A stretch of 64,000 bases of DNA from Mobula birostris (taxonomy: Eukaryota), in NCBI RefSeq assembly GCF_030028105.1, contig NC_092400.1:30648206-30712205 (forward strand). Direction: 5' to 3'. Within the stretch, counting starts at the first letter, position 1. The number at the start of each line of letters is the position of its first letter. Made by a program: the position numbers and the translations under genes. The notes under the pieces were generated by a model, which worked only from the letters and a program-made list of their open reading frames with translations, ran no database searches and was not told where the DNA came from. Positions 24,528 to 36,151 of the stretch are shown here, piece after piece.

Positions 24528-27500
24528 GTGAGTCGGTTAGTTTTTAAATGAAAAATACTTACCGAGTGGTACTTAACTACAATTCACTTTTTAAAACAGC
24601 AAGCGCTTCTTTTCCTCGTGAATGAAGATGCTGATAAATTAATCTACTCATAAAAATAAGAGATAAGCTTAAGAGTAACAAGGTAAACATTATATAGGAT
24701 AAATTGTAATCCAATATACCGAATTATATAAATGTAATCAACATCAAGAGACATTAAGTAATCCTATATAGTAAGAAAGCCAAATTTAAAAAGTAGTTTT
24801 TTGGAAGTGTTGTGAAACTAGTCTGGCGTATCTCAGTCACTGAGTTTTTTTTTTGCAAGATTTTTGCTGTATCAGAGCAAACGGTCGCATCACCAGTTCT
24901 TGTATGCTTGACTCTAGGAACTTTAAGCAAACCAGTATTCACGGATTTAAGATTACGATTAGGGACGTAAGGGATATATTGAGGAGCTAGATTATTTAGA
25001 GTCATGTATACAGTTAAAATTATTTTTACGTCACCATGTGCTAGACTGGGGCTCATACAATTTAAAGTTTTACACAGGGTATATTTAAGTAAAGCCAGGC
25101 TTGCTGACATATATCCCGGGACAGACGCTGGCTGTGACAGGTGTTCCTTCTCTCCGGCTGGTTTAGTGCATGCAGTTTGGTCTTGCCCTCGGCTTGATGG
25201 CTATGGGACACTGGTTTTTAAATTATCAGAGAGGTTTTGGAGGTGACACTGAAATCTTGCCCGCTTATAGCTGTATTTGGCGTGGCAGATGATGTTTTAG
25301 GTTTAAATGCAAGCCAGTCGGATAGCATTGCATTTACATCGCTATTGGCCCGTAGGAAAATCTTGCTGGTCTGGAAATATGCCACTCCCCCATCTGCTGC
25401 TGCTTGGTTAGAGGACGTAATGTTTTTTCTAAAATTAGAAAATATTAAATTCACTATGAGGGGGTCTGTGAAAAAGTTCTATTCGAAATGGGGACCTTTC
25501 TTGTCATATTTTGGGAGTCTTAAGGAATTACCTACGAGTTGAGGGCATTTGATTGTACTTGGGAAGCTGCCTCCCTCTTAACACGCATATGGTTTACCTC
25601 ACAGGGTGGTTGACGAATTGTAATATGAGTGTATTTTGGATCATCTGACATGTCGTGGATGTGTGTGGGCCTTCGTCTTGAAGTGGTGTGGGAGTATGGC
25701 TGTGAAATGTCCGCACTTGTATTTCTGAATTGTTGTATTGTAAATACATTAGCTGCCATGGTATGTTCGAGGAGGGCGGGTGAGGGGAGGTTTGTTTAGG
25801 GGTAAGATATATTTTAAAAATTATTTTAAGACTAATCCCATAGGACACGGGCAGCCAGTGTAATGATGGCAAAACTGGTGAATGGTTTTCATTTTTTTTA
25901 AAAACTAAAGGCGAAGCTGTCAACAGTTTTGTAATGCAGTCAGTGTGGTTCGGTCCAAAGGTCTTTGTTAAATTGTGTACCTGCCCAGGTCCAATGGGGG
26001 ATCTTATCAACTTGCCACAGCTTTCTCCCTCTTGGGCAGCAATTCAAGACAAATCCGACTTGTTTCCACCACAGGTCTGAGTGCTCTGTGGTGGATGAAG
26101 AGTTCTGAGTGGAAAGCACGGATCTACACTACCGGCAAGAAAATTAATTTCAGGGCAGAATATGGCGACATGTATATGTACTTTGATAATAAATTTGTCT
26201 TGAGCTTTGGAAGTTCCACTGGGAGTAAGTCTGGAGTTCCCGCTTTTTTAAAAAAACTTTCTGCCTCGCTGCTTGAAGTAGGCGCGGTGTATGGCGAGTA
26301 ATTTACGAGGTGGTCCCCTGATCCTTGTGTGAAGCTTCTGTCAGCACCCAGTGCATGACCCCGAGGCGCTTAGCAATGAGTGAAAGGGAAGTGGTCTCCA
26401 GCTGAGTGGCCACTTTGAGAATGTCTTCCTTGAGGTGGAAATGTTGCTGGGCGGTTAACGTGTGCGCGATGATGAACACCGGGCTTCCGTGAGAAAGGCC
26501 AGCAGCGGTGAGGCAAGGCCGGAGAAGAATTTTCTCTTTTCCAAGTCTGCTGTTTATTAAAGGGGCAGGACAGCAGCCGGTGAAGTGATGGAAGCCGGAC
26601 AGATCAGGGAGGGTTCAGCGGGAATGACTCTGCAGGAGTTGTGTCCACCTGACACTCGCAACATCAACAGAAGAAGAGGTGAAGTCCTGCAAGGTCAATT
26701 CAGAAATTTAGGCAGAAAGTCCTAAAAAAAAACAGTACCTTAGGGTTGTAATTTCAGGATTACTCCCAGAGCCCTGGGCTAAGAAGGCAACAAATCGGAA
26801 GATAATAGAATTAAACCTGTGGCTAAGGGGATCGTGCAGGAGGGAGGGCTTTGGATGCATGGATCATTGGGCTCTCTTCCAGGGCAGCTGGGAACTGTAG
26901 ATGAAAGATGGATTACACGGGGGCAAGTAAGTAATCCCGCCCCCCGTTCAAGAATCTGATGGTTGAGGGGTAATAACTTCCTGAACCTGGTGCTGTGAGT
27001 CCTGAGGCTCCTGTACCTTCTTCCTGATGGCAGCAGCGAGAAGAGAGCATGTCCTGGGTGGTGGGGGTCCCTGATGATGGATGCTGCTTTCCTGTGACAA
27101 TGCTCCATGCAGATGTGCTCAATGGTGGGGAGGACGTGACCCGTGTCTTCAGGGCGTAACAAGGCATACATTCGGCTTCAACAAATTGTTGTTTGTCAGT
27201 GAATATGGGCTTAGAATGCATGAAATTATGCTAAATTTTAAAAAAAATGAAATACAAAAAAATTAGGGCGTTAATTTTGGTGGCAGTGTTCTGGATAGGA
27301 TGGAGGTATATACAAAGGTTACCTCTCCATTTCCTTGGAAAGACTGCATTTGTGTCCTCCAGTGAGGACAAGGCTGGATGGTAATAGCGATGACCAACTG
27401 TCAAATGTCTTCTATGAACGTAGTGCATGTCTACTTGGGGATCTCCTTAAAGAGTGTTTGTTCAACTGCCTCCCTTCTGGATTTTCAGGAAAAGGGGAAA

Positions 27501-30500
27501 ATTCTGAACTAAAGGAGCAGAACAAAGCTCCACCATGTTAATCCTGCACACAAAACATATGCTGGCTATGTTAAACGTGATTTCAATTCTAATTCTGGGA
27601 ATGTTTGAAAACAACAATAATTAGATGTGTAACTTTTTTTTTGTTGACAGGGTGGATCATCAGGAAAAGGAACAGCTTTAAAAAATAGCTCAGATGCAGA
27701 TCTCGTCGTCTTTCTCAGTTGCTTCAAAAGTTTCCAGCACCAGAGAGACACCAGGCATGAAATTCTTGAGGGAATTCAGGCAATGCTGGATAAATATTCT
27801 CAAAGCCTTGCATATCAAGTCGATAATATCAATATCAACATCATAAAGCAAAGTACCACATCGCCAAAATCTCTGAGCTTTGAGCTGCAATCAAAGAAGA
27901 GTTCAGAGACCGTGTCGTTTGATGTTCTGCCAACCTATGATGCATTAAGTAAGAATTAATAGCAATGATACGTTGACTATAATTAATAGTAATGTTACAT
28001 CTCAAATGTAATTTTAATTCTTCTGTCACTGCTTCTGTGGATAGGCGGTTTGAAAGGAGCTTGTCTGATTTGCTCTCTTCAGAGTCTTATTCTGAGTCAA
28101 GTTGTTGCTGCTGTTGTTGAGGAAGAAAATGCACTCAGTGACCATTTTATTCAGTACTTCCTGTAATCTTGGCCTTCTGCTGCTGTAGCCCATCCACCTC
28201 AAGTTTCGAAGTGTTGTGCATTCACAAATGTGCTCCTGCATGGCTCTGCTATAACACAAGGCGATTGAATTACTGTCACCTTCCTGTCAGCTTGAACCAG
28301 TCTGGCCATTTTCCTCTGATGTCTCATTAACAAGGAGAGTTCACCCACTGAACTGTGCTCACTGGACGTTTTATCTTTTTTAATGTATTCTAAGCCATCT
28401 CTAGTGACTATTGTACATAAGAATCCCAGGAGATCGGCATTTTCTGAGATACTCAAACCACCCTGTCTGGCACCAACAATCATGCCACAGTCAGTCACTT
28501 AGAATGCATTTCTTCCCCATTTGGATGTTTGGTCCAAACAACAACTGAACCTCTTGACCAGGACTACATACTTTTGTACATTGAATTGCTGCTATGTGAT
28601 TGGTTGATTTGATATTTGCATTAACAAGCAGGTGTACCTAATAAAGTGGCCACTGAGTGTAGATTACAGTTCACTTTTTGTCTGTATATGGCACAGAAGA
28701 TCCTTTCATAGGAGAAATAACAAGGAATATTAACCCTAAATGTTACTGATATTGCTTTACCACTGACATTAAACCAGTTTGATAACAAAATGAATTCCAG
28801 GGGAAATCTTGGGTAGCAAGTCTAAAACTTGCTCTTAAAAGATAATATCTGCCTTTTTCCTTTCCTTTCATAAGAAAGGGATTCATTTTCTTGGCCACTC
28901 TTACCAAGATGCAAAAAGCATTAGGCATTACCTTGGGTTAAATTTACAGGTGATTCTTGGCAGAAATAGAGTCACGGAACACTACAGCACAGAAACAGGC
29001 CCTTCAGCCCATCTACCCCATGCTGAACTATTATTTTGCCCAGTCCTATCAACTTGTACCTGGACCACAACCCTCCATACCACACCCATCTATGTATCTA
29101 TCTGAATTTCTTTTAAATGTTGAAATTGAACCCACAGCCATCATTCTGCTGGCAGCTCATTCCACACACTCACAACCCTCTTGTGTGAAAAAGTTCCCCC
29201 AAATATTCCCCTTAAACCAGGGGTTCCCAACCTGGGGTCCACAGGCCCCTTGGTTAATGGTGCATGACATAAAAAAGGTTGGGGACCCCTGCCTTTAAAA
29301 AAAATTGCTTCTCAACTTTAAACCATAACCTCTATTTCTAGTGTCACCCAACCTCAGTGGGGAAAAAAGCCTGCTTGCTTTTACCCCATCTATACCGGTC
29401 ATTATTTTGAATACCTCTATCAAATCTCCCCTCATTCTCCTTTGCTTGTTATGCAAACTTCAGCAAACTCTTTCTGGGAACCTTTGGGATGGTGGAAAAT
29501 ATCCTGAGGTTAAATAAACTGGAGTGAATCCAATAGAATGGCCTGTTTGGTCTTGGAAGTGATACTTGACCAGATATTAATCAATAGTCTTTTGACCATG
29601 TTCTCATTCATCATTTTATTTCTTGCAGCACCACTGCATAATACAAGCAAAGCACATCTCGAACTAATCCAATTTGCAAACAATAACGAGATGACAGATG
29701 GAGAATTTTCTGCTTGTTTTACGGAACTTCAGAGATCATTTGTGAAGCAGCAATTTCCAAAGGTTAAAGACTTGATTCGCCTGCTGAAATATTGGTACAA
29801 GGAGGTGAGTGACGGAAGAAAGTGATAATGGTTAATCATTGAAAGCCTATAGAAGGGTTGTTGTATCAAACCTAAAATGCTATCTTCCTTTGATATCTCA
29901 GATTACACCTTCTTCCTCTTTGGCATTTCCTCAGGATCATGGAGTAAGTGTGTCCCTAGTCCAATGCATCAGGTTCTCAATACAGTCTTGAATATCCCTT
30001 CTCCAAGTTTGAATGGTTATGGACCGAAGATCCCCAGAATCTTTGGGGATGTTGCTATTTGCTTTTGTCTGCCAAGGACCTGCCCAATAGCCAATGCAGG
30101 AAACCCATGAGATACCATTGTATGTTTGTTGGTAGAACACAGCTCTCCAATGAAATCACTGACTTCCATGGTACAATTTTGGATTGAGTCCCTAGTTTCC
30201 AGAGTATCCTCCCAGCATGCAACCTGCTTCAGGCTAGAAATGGTCAGAAAGACATTTCTAATTGAATTCAAAATTTATTTTTGATTCAATTTCTCATTCG
30301 GTTGAGATTTAACCAAAGGATGTGATGGTCCTCTCTGCTTGACTGATGGCACCACAGCACTATCAGAGATTGGACAACATGTACTCCCCAACTGACTGAC
30401 AATATACAGATCATTTCGTCATTTCCATCATTGCCCTGTGTGAAATCTTGCTTTACACAAATGGGGTACTTAAATCCAAGTCTTTTCTCTATATGTTCTT

Positions 30501-33500
30501 CTGGTACTCTCAGAACATTCATAAGGCCAAGAAAACAGGAGGAAGAGTCAGCCCATGGGAGTTTGACTTCAGGCTGTGATCGTGGCTGACCTGACCTAGA
30601 TCTCAGTGCAGATTCAGCAATTTGTGTGGTGGAGATGTTGAGATAGGGGCCACTCGGGAATGATCCCATGTAGCCATTGGTCTAGGTGTGGTCTTGGCAT
30701 GTAACCTCAGGGAGGCTGTTTCATCAGAGAAAATAATGAAGATTCGAAGTATAGAACCAAAACAGAGGGTAATGAGTGTGCTTAACATCACATTTGCTTA
30801 TTGGTGATTGTCAATAATTCTCCCTAGTATGTCAAGCCACGGAAGTCAGAGCTGAGAAATGGAGCACGACTGCCTGCAAAGTATGCCTTAGAGTTATTGA
30901 CCATTTATGCCTGGGAGGAAAGTAATCATCAAGAGAGATTTGACATGGCTGAAGGGTTCCGCACAGTCCTGGAACTGATCTGCAGATATCAGGATCTATG
31001 TATCTACTGGACTAACTACTATGATGTCAATAATGCAGTTCTTGCAGACTTCATAATCAAGAAACTCCACAACAGAAGGTAAGGTTCCCAACCACACTTC
31101 AAACTATGCCAAATAATGGGACCCTATGTTTTTAAATTGGGTTCACCTTCTGGATTCTTGTACATACAGGTCCAATAGAAAGTATTACATGGCATCACAT
31201 TCTTAAAACATAAGACCACAAGGTATAGGAGCAGAATTAGGCCATTTGGCCCATCAGGTCTGCTGTCATTTTATTATGGCTGTTTCAATTTTCCCCTTAG
31301 CCCCAATCTGCTGCCTTCACCCGTATCACCTCATGCACTGATCAGTCAAGAATCTATCAATCTCTGCCTTAAATATACATAAAGGCTTGGCCTCCACAGT
31401 TGGCTGTGGCAAAGAATTCCACAGTTTCACCACCCTTTGGCTAAAGAAATTCCTCCTTATTTCCAATCTAAAAGGACACCCTTCTATTCTGGGGCTGTGT
31501 CCTCTGGTGTTAAACTCTCCCACCATAGGAAACATCCTCTCCACATCCACTCTATCATGGCCTTTCACCATTCATTAAGTTTCATTGAGATCACCCTCAT
31601 CCTTCTGAATTCTAGTGAGTGCAGGCACAGAGCCATCAAATGCTCTTCATATGACAAACCATTCAATCCTGGAATCATTTTCGTGAACCTCCTTTGAACC
31701 CTCTACATTTCCGAAGGTAACATCTGAATGTATCTCTTAATGTTCCTCATTTCCTAACTAACCACTGTTGCCTACCTTACTGAGATGATTGACTTCAGAG
31801 TCCTCAGCCTTATTTACAATTCTCTACATCATTACAGTCTACCGTCTGTCACCTCACCATTTTTTGCCTCCTCAAGCTCTTTTAGCCAGTGTTTCTATTT
31901 CACTTTTTGGCCATTTTCCATCAGTAGTAGTATTTTCTGTCAGCTTTCTCTCACCTTATGGAGTTTTCCGTAGAGTACTTCCTCATTTCAAAGTTTGACT
32001 CAAAATCTCAGAGTACATTCCTCACATTTTGTGGATGTCCATTTCTGTTTCTGTTGTGATGGCAGATGGGGAATGTCTAGATCTGTATGCATTGTGACAT
32101 GTTTTCAGTGATACATCTGTTTGAATTATTGTTACCATGTTTGGGAATACTGTGATGATTAATGACAAATTCTGAGGCTGCGGAGGAATGGAGAGTTGAG
32201 GCCACAGACACTACCATTGTAGCGGACTAGAGCTGGGCAGGAAAGTTGATTCCTTTTTCTGCTCATTGTGCTGCCTGTGTATGGGATGGGGAATGGGGGG
32301 CTTTGATGTTCTGATGTTCCTGTCATTCATTCGTTTTTTTTAATTTTGTGGATGTCTGTGAAGAGTAAGAATTTCGAGTTGTGTACTGTATACTTTCTCT
32401 GATAATAAATTGAACAATTTTGTCATAAACTGATGGAGGATTAATGCAAATTGATCACAAAGATGGCCATTATACGCAGCGCGTGTACTGTCAGCAAATA
32501 GCTCAAAGTTCAATGTTGTCATTGGAATGGTTTTATTTTTCAGACCGATCATTCTTGATCCAGCTGATCCAACTGGAAACGTGGCTTCATCAGATGGTTG
32601 GAATGTGATGAAAGATGAGGCCAGGAAATGGCTAAGCATGCCTTGTGTCTCTAATGTTGAGGCATGGGATGTCCAGGTAAGAGTTTGAATAATTGATTTT
32701 CAGATATAAGGGAGTGGAGATACATTATTCTCCACTTTCTTTCACCCTGCCAGTGTCTGGCTACTGATAAACATCCCAGACTGCCTCTGCCCAGGGGATA
32801 TGCTACAGTCTGTCGCAGGCCTTCTGATTTTGCACTGCTTGAATTGTCCTCTATGGTAATTTGCAGTCTTTGGTGCTGAAAACCAGTCACCTTACCTCAC
32901 TATGTTGCACATTATTGGGTGGAGTTTCGAGCTAAGCAAGGTCCTGGTGAAGATGACACATGTATTACGTGCAGATTTGAATGCCTTGTGACATGGTTCT
33001 ATTTCATTATCTAGGTTAATCATCCTAAATGTTTAAAGCCTAACCATTTTAAAATACAGTTGATTACTACGTAATACACAACCGAAGCAGGGGGTGACCC
33101 AGCTTTTGGGGTCTTGAACTGTGGATTTATACAACATGTTTAATATTGGAAAAAAACTTCTTGAGGTGGCAATCTTATTGAAACCCCTCAAATATTGAAA
33201 GGGCTAGACTGTGGACGTGGAGTGGATGCTTCCTACAGTGGAGACTCTAGGACTAGAGGCCAAGCCTCAGAATAGAGGGACATTCATTCAGAATGGCGAT
33301 GAGAAGGAACTTCTGTAACCAGAGGCTGGTGAATGTGTGGAATTCATTGTCACAGACAGATGTGGAGGCCAAATCACTTAGTGTATTAAAAGAGGAGTTT
33401 GATTGGTTCTTGATCAGTCAGGGCGTCAAAGGTTAAGAGGAGAAAGCAGAAGTATGGGGTTGAGAGGGAAAATATATCAGCCATGATAGAATGGTGAAGC

Positions 33501-35507
33501 AAACTCAATGGGCTGAATGGCCTAATTCTGTAGCTATGTCTTATGGATTTAAGTTTTCAATGATGTGTTTGGGAAAGCTGATCAGCAGTAGTATCTGGGG
33601 CTGTGGAGGAATGGGCAGTTGAGGTTATAGACATAACTATTTTACCCAGGTCAAGCCAAAAAAGTTCAGTTCTGGTTGATTTCTTTTTCTCCTACTCCTT
33701 GTGTTCGATTCACTAAGTTGCTTGACGACAACTGGTAGAAATGATTATAGAATTCAACAGAAAAACTGAGTTACAACAAGTGAAATTAACAAGTATCTAA
33801 CCTGTAACTTGATGATCACACCAAAGTGGGTTCCTTTTTTGATTGTATCTTCAGCTGTGTAACATTAATGAGACGTGGTTTAATATCACAGGCACATGTC
33901 ATGAAATTTATTATCTTTGCGACAATGCAGTACATAATAGAGGAAAAAATGAACTACATTATGTGTGTGTGTATATTATATCTTAAATAGTTGAATTAAA
34001 TAAGTAGTGCAAAAATGAAAGTTGTGGTGTAGTTTTCGTGGCTTCAATGTCCATTCAGACAGGAAGAAGTTGTTGGGTGTGACCTTCAGGCTTCTGTACC
34101 TCCACCCTGATGGTAGCAATGACAAGAGGGCATGTCCTGGGGAGGAGGTTCTTTAACGAAGGACGCCACCCTTCTGAGGCATCGTTCCTTGAAGATGTCC
34201 TGGATACTACGAAAGCTAGTGCCCATGATGGAGCGGACTAATTTTACAACTCTGTGCTGGTTACCTAATCCTGTGCAGTAGCTCCCCTCCCCCACACCGC
34301 CCATACCAGACGGTGATGCAGTCAGCTAGAATGCTCTGTCGAAATTTGCAGGTGTTTTTGGTGACAGGCCAAATAGTGGAGAATGGAGCTCCAAATGAAC
34401 AGCAAATCAGAGTTGTCTGCTGATTGAGACCATGATATACAAGATATTAAGAGGAATAGATAGAGTGGACAGCCAACGCCTCTTCACCGGGGCACCACTG
34501 CTCAATACAAGAGGACATGGCTTTAAGGTAAGGGGTAGGAAGTTCAAGGGGGATATTAGAGTAAGGTTTTTTACTCAGAGAGTGGTTGGTGCGTGGAATG
34601 CACTGCCTAAGTCAGTGGTGGAGGCAGATACACTAGTGAAGTTTAAGAGACTGATAGACAGGTATATGGAGGAATTTAAGGTGGGGGGTTATTTGGGAGG
34701 TAGGGTTTAAGGGTCGGCACAACATTGTGGGCCAAAGGGCCTGTACTGTGCTGTACTATTCTATGTTCTATGACAGCCTACTCTGCACTATTCTAGCTCG
34801 TATTCCCACAGCACGCATCCACCCTCACTTCAGCCTTTGCAATTTATTCCACAGAGTGCTCTTGGTGCAAGTGTAGTTTTGCACACTAACGACACCCATA
34901 ACTACCCTTCAAGTTGTCGTTTCCCATCTCCCTCTTTTGTTTTCTGTCGCCTCTGAAGTATAAAAGGAACATATTTTACTTCTGCCCATTTTTGTTTTGT
35001 TTACCTCAGCCAGTGAAGACATTCCAAGTCACGGTCACGACCCTGAATGGTAACTCGTTACAGCAAAATGCCAGCATTTACAACAAGGTCTCTGAGATCA
35101 AACGTGGCATCCAGGAAAGGTGGAACATCCCAGCTTTTAAGCAACGCCTGCTATTCAAAGACACCATTCTGGATGATAGGATCACCTTGCTGGATGCCAA
35201 GATCTTCTTTGATGCAGAAATCCAGCTGCTCACCCTGAGTGTAATGGAGATATTTGTCGGGATAGACGGGCGTAACCTGACGATCCAGGTTTTGCCAAGT
35301 GACAAGGTTTCAAGTTTAAAAGCTGAAATTGAATCCCTGGAGCGAATTCGGCGAAGCCAGTACTATTTAACTTTTCAATCAACGCCGCTTGAAGATGAAC
35401 GTACACTGCAATCTTATGGCATTAAGCAATATTCTACCATCCTTGTCAACCTGAGAGTGCGTGGTGGCAGCGAGATTCAACTTTCCAATGCAGAGGATCC
35501 TAACTAA
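24357..35507 (+). CDS. oasl: 2'-5'-oligoadenylate synthetase-like protein with C-terminal tandem UBL (508 aa), join(24357..24527,27651..27948,29629..29804,30828..31078,32544..32676,35010..35507)
   Basis: All introns are GT-AG with compatible phases (0,1,0,2,0), giving a 1527-nt spliced frame with no internal stop. OAS signatures: [66 protein letters not shown]. The last exon encodes two UBL domains. Confidence 0.95.
25000..25800 (+). mobile_element. L1/Tx1-like LINE 3' fragment nested in an antisense L2-like fragment (about 24750-26010)
   Basis: Peptide [15 protein letters not shown]...CDRC...LVHAVWSCP is the C-terminal CCHC region. The flanking minus-strand peptide is [12 protein letters not shown]. 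Confidence 0.65.
27651..27948 (+). CDS. oasl: OASL exon 2 (P-loop and catalytic D72, D74, D148)
   Basis: ttgacag|[22 protein letters not shown]...[11 protein letters not shown]|gtaaga. Not in the ORF track; translated by hand. Confidence 0.93.
28132..28659 (-). mobile_element. Non-autonomous Tc1/mariner element in OASL intron 2
   Basis: TIRs CACTCAGTGACCATTTTATT / AATAAAGTGGCCACTGAGTG followed by TA. Remnant HTH peptide [22 protein letters not shown]. Confidence 0.8.
29218..29291. mobile_element. Tiny hAT-type MITE (74 bp)
   Basis: TIRs CAGGGGTTCCCAACCT / AGGTTGGGGACCCCTG and an imperfect 8-bp TSD. A related decayed copy lies at about 45970-46050. Confidence 0.6.
29629..29804 (+). CDS. oasl: OASL exon 3
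   Basis: ttcttgcag|...[35 protein letters not shown]|gtgagt. Confidence 0.93.
30828..31078 (+). CDS. oasl: OASL exon 4
   Basis: ctccctag|YVKPRK...[16 protein letters not shown]...[10 protein letters not shown]...LCIYWTNYY...KLHNR|gtaagg. Confidence 0.93.
31205..31700 (-). mobile_element. CR1 LINE 3' fragment
   Basis: Peptide [10 protein letters not shown]...TRGH...[17 protein letters not shown]. Confidence 0.75.
32544..32676 (+). CDS. oasl: OASL exon 5
   Basis: tttttcag|(R)[30 protein letters not shown]...AWDVQ|gtaaga. Confidence 0.93.
34432..34771 (+). mobile_element. CR1 LINE 3' end
   Basis: Peptide [16 protein letters not shown]...TRGHGFK...[14 protein letters not shown], with a (TTCTATG) tail. 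Confidence 0.8.
35010..35507 (+). CDS. oasl: OASL exon 6: tandem UBL domains, LRVRGG and a 12-aa tail
   Basis: ttacctcag|[14 protein letters not shown]...QRLLFKD...MEIFV...[39 protein letters not shown]. Confidence 0.93.
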   Translation, partial: PVKTFQVTVTTLNGNSLQQNASIYNKVSEIKRGIQERWNIPAFKQRLLFKDTILDDRITLLDAKIFFDAEIQLLTLSVMEIFVGIDGRNLTIQVLPSDKVSSLKAEIESLERIRRSQYYLTFQSTPLEDERTLQSYGIKQYSTILVNLRVRGGSEIQLSNAEDPN

Positions 35508-36141
35508 GCAGTTTGAAAATCAATGGCAGTGATAAAGACCTGAATTAGTTTTTACATTTAAAGTAGCTTTGGTTAATTACCTTGGTCGAATCAGCACTAA
35601 CTGTAACTGATGTGAGGTAGGAACTCTTGAAACACATATTCCATATTGTGTTCTTTCTGAGGGAACATAGCCCAAGTTAGCTAATGTGACCAATATCTGC
35701 TGTTGGAACTGGGGGTGATTTGGAAGCTTGGATGATTTATGCACCTTGGGTGCCTTGTAAGTGCACAATCCAACCCCCCTCGGACCTCACCAAACCCATG
35801 TGGACACTTCTCCCACGGTGGACTTTAAACTCTGGCAAGCCTTAAGCTTGTCCACAACTCTCATCTCTTACACCACACATGTACAAAGTGGATTGACGTG
35901 CCTATTGATTTTTGAATCTATTCAATTATTATGCCGTTTTTTCCCTCAAGGCACTTCTCTTAAGCATCATAAGTATAATGACTTGAATCGAGTAAATGAT
36001 TTTTCTGCGACTCCACATCGATACAACGTGAAAAATAGCCATTGGCTGTATGGCAGGGAAGAAGCTTTGCTCAAATTATCTGAATAATATTAATTTAATA
36101 TAATGTAAATTCTGTTTTGTACTGTGCAAAATTCAGCAGTC

Positions 36142-36151
36142 AATAAATAAA
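36142..36151 (+). terminator. Putative OASL polyadenylation signal
   Basis: Overlapping AATAAATAAA about 635 nt after the stop, followed by GT/T-rich sequence. Confidence 0.65.

Noticed and set aside
34914-35507. The 197-aa ORF as a stand-alone third ISG15-like gene
   Set aside because: Its N-terminus is intronic polypyrimidine tract with a non-ATG start. An in-phase acceptor at 35009 joins it to OASL exon 5, which has no stop codon of its own.
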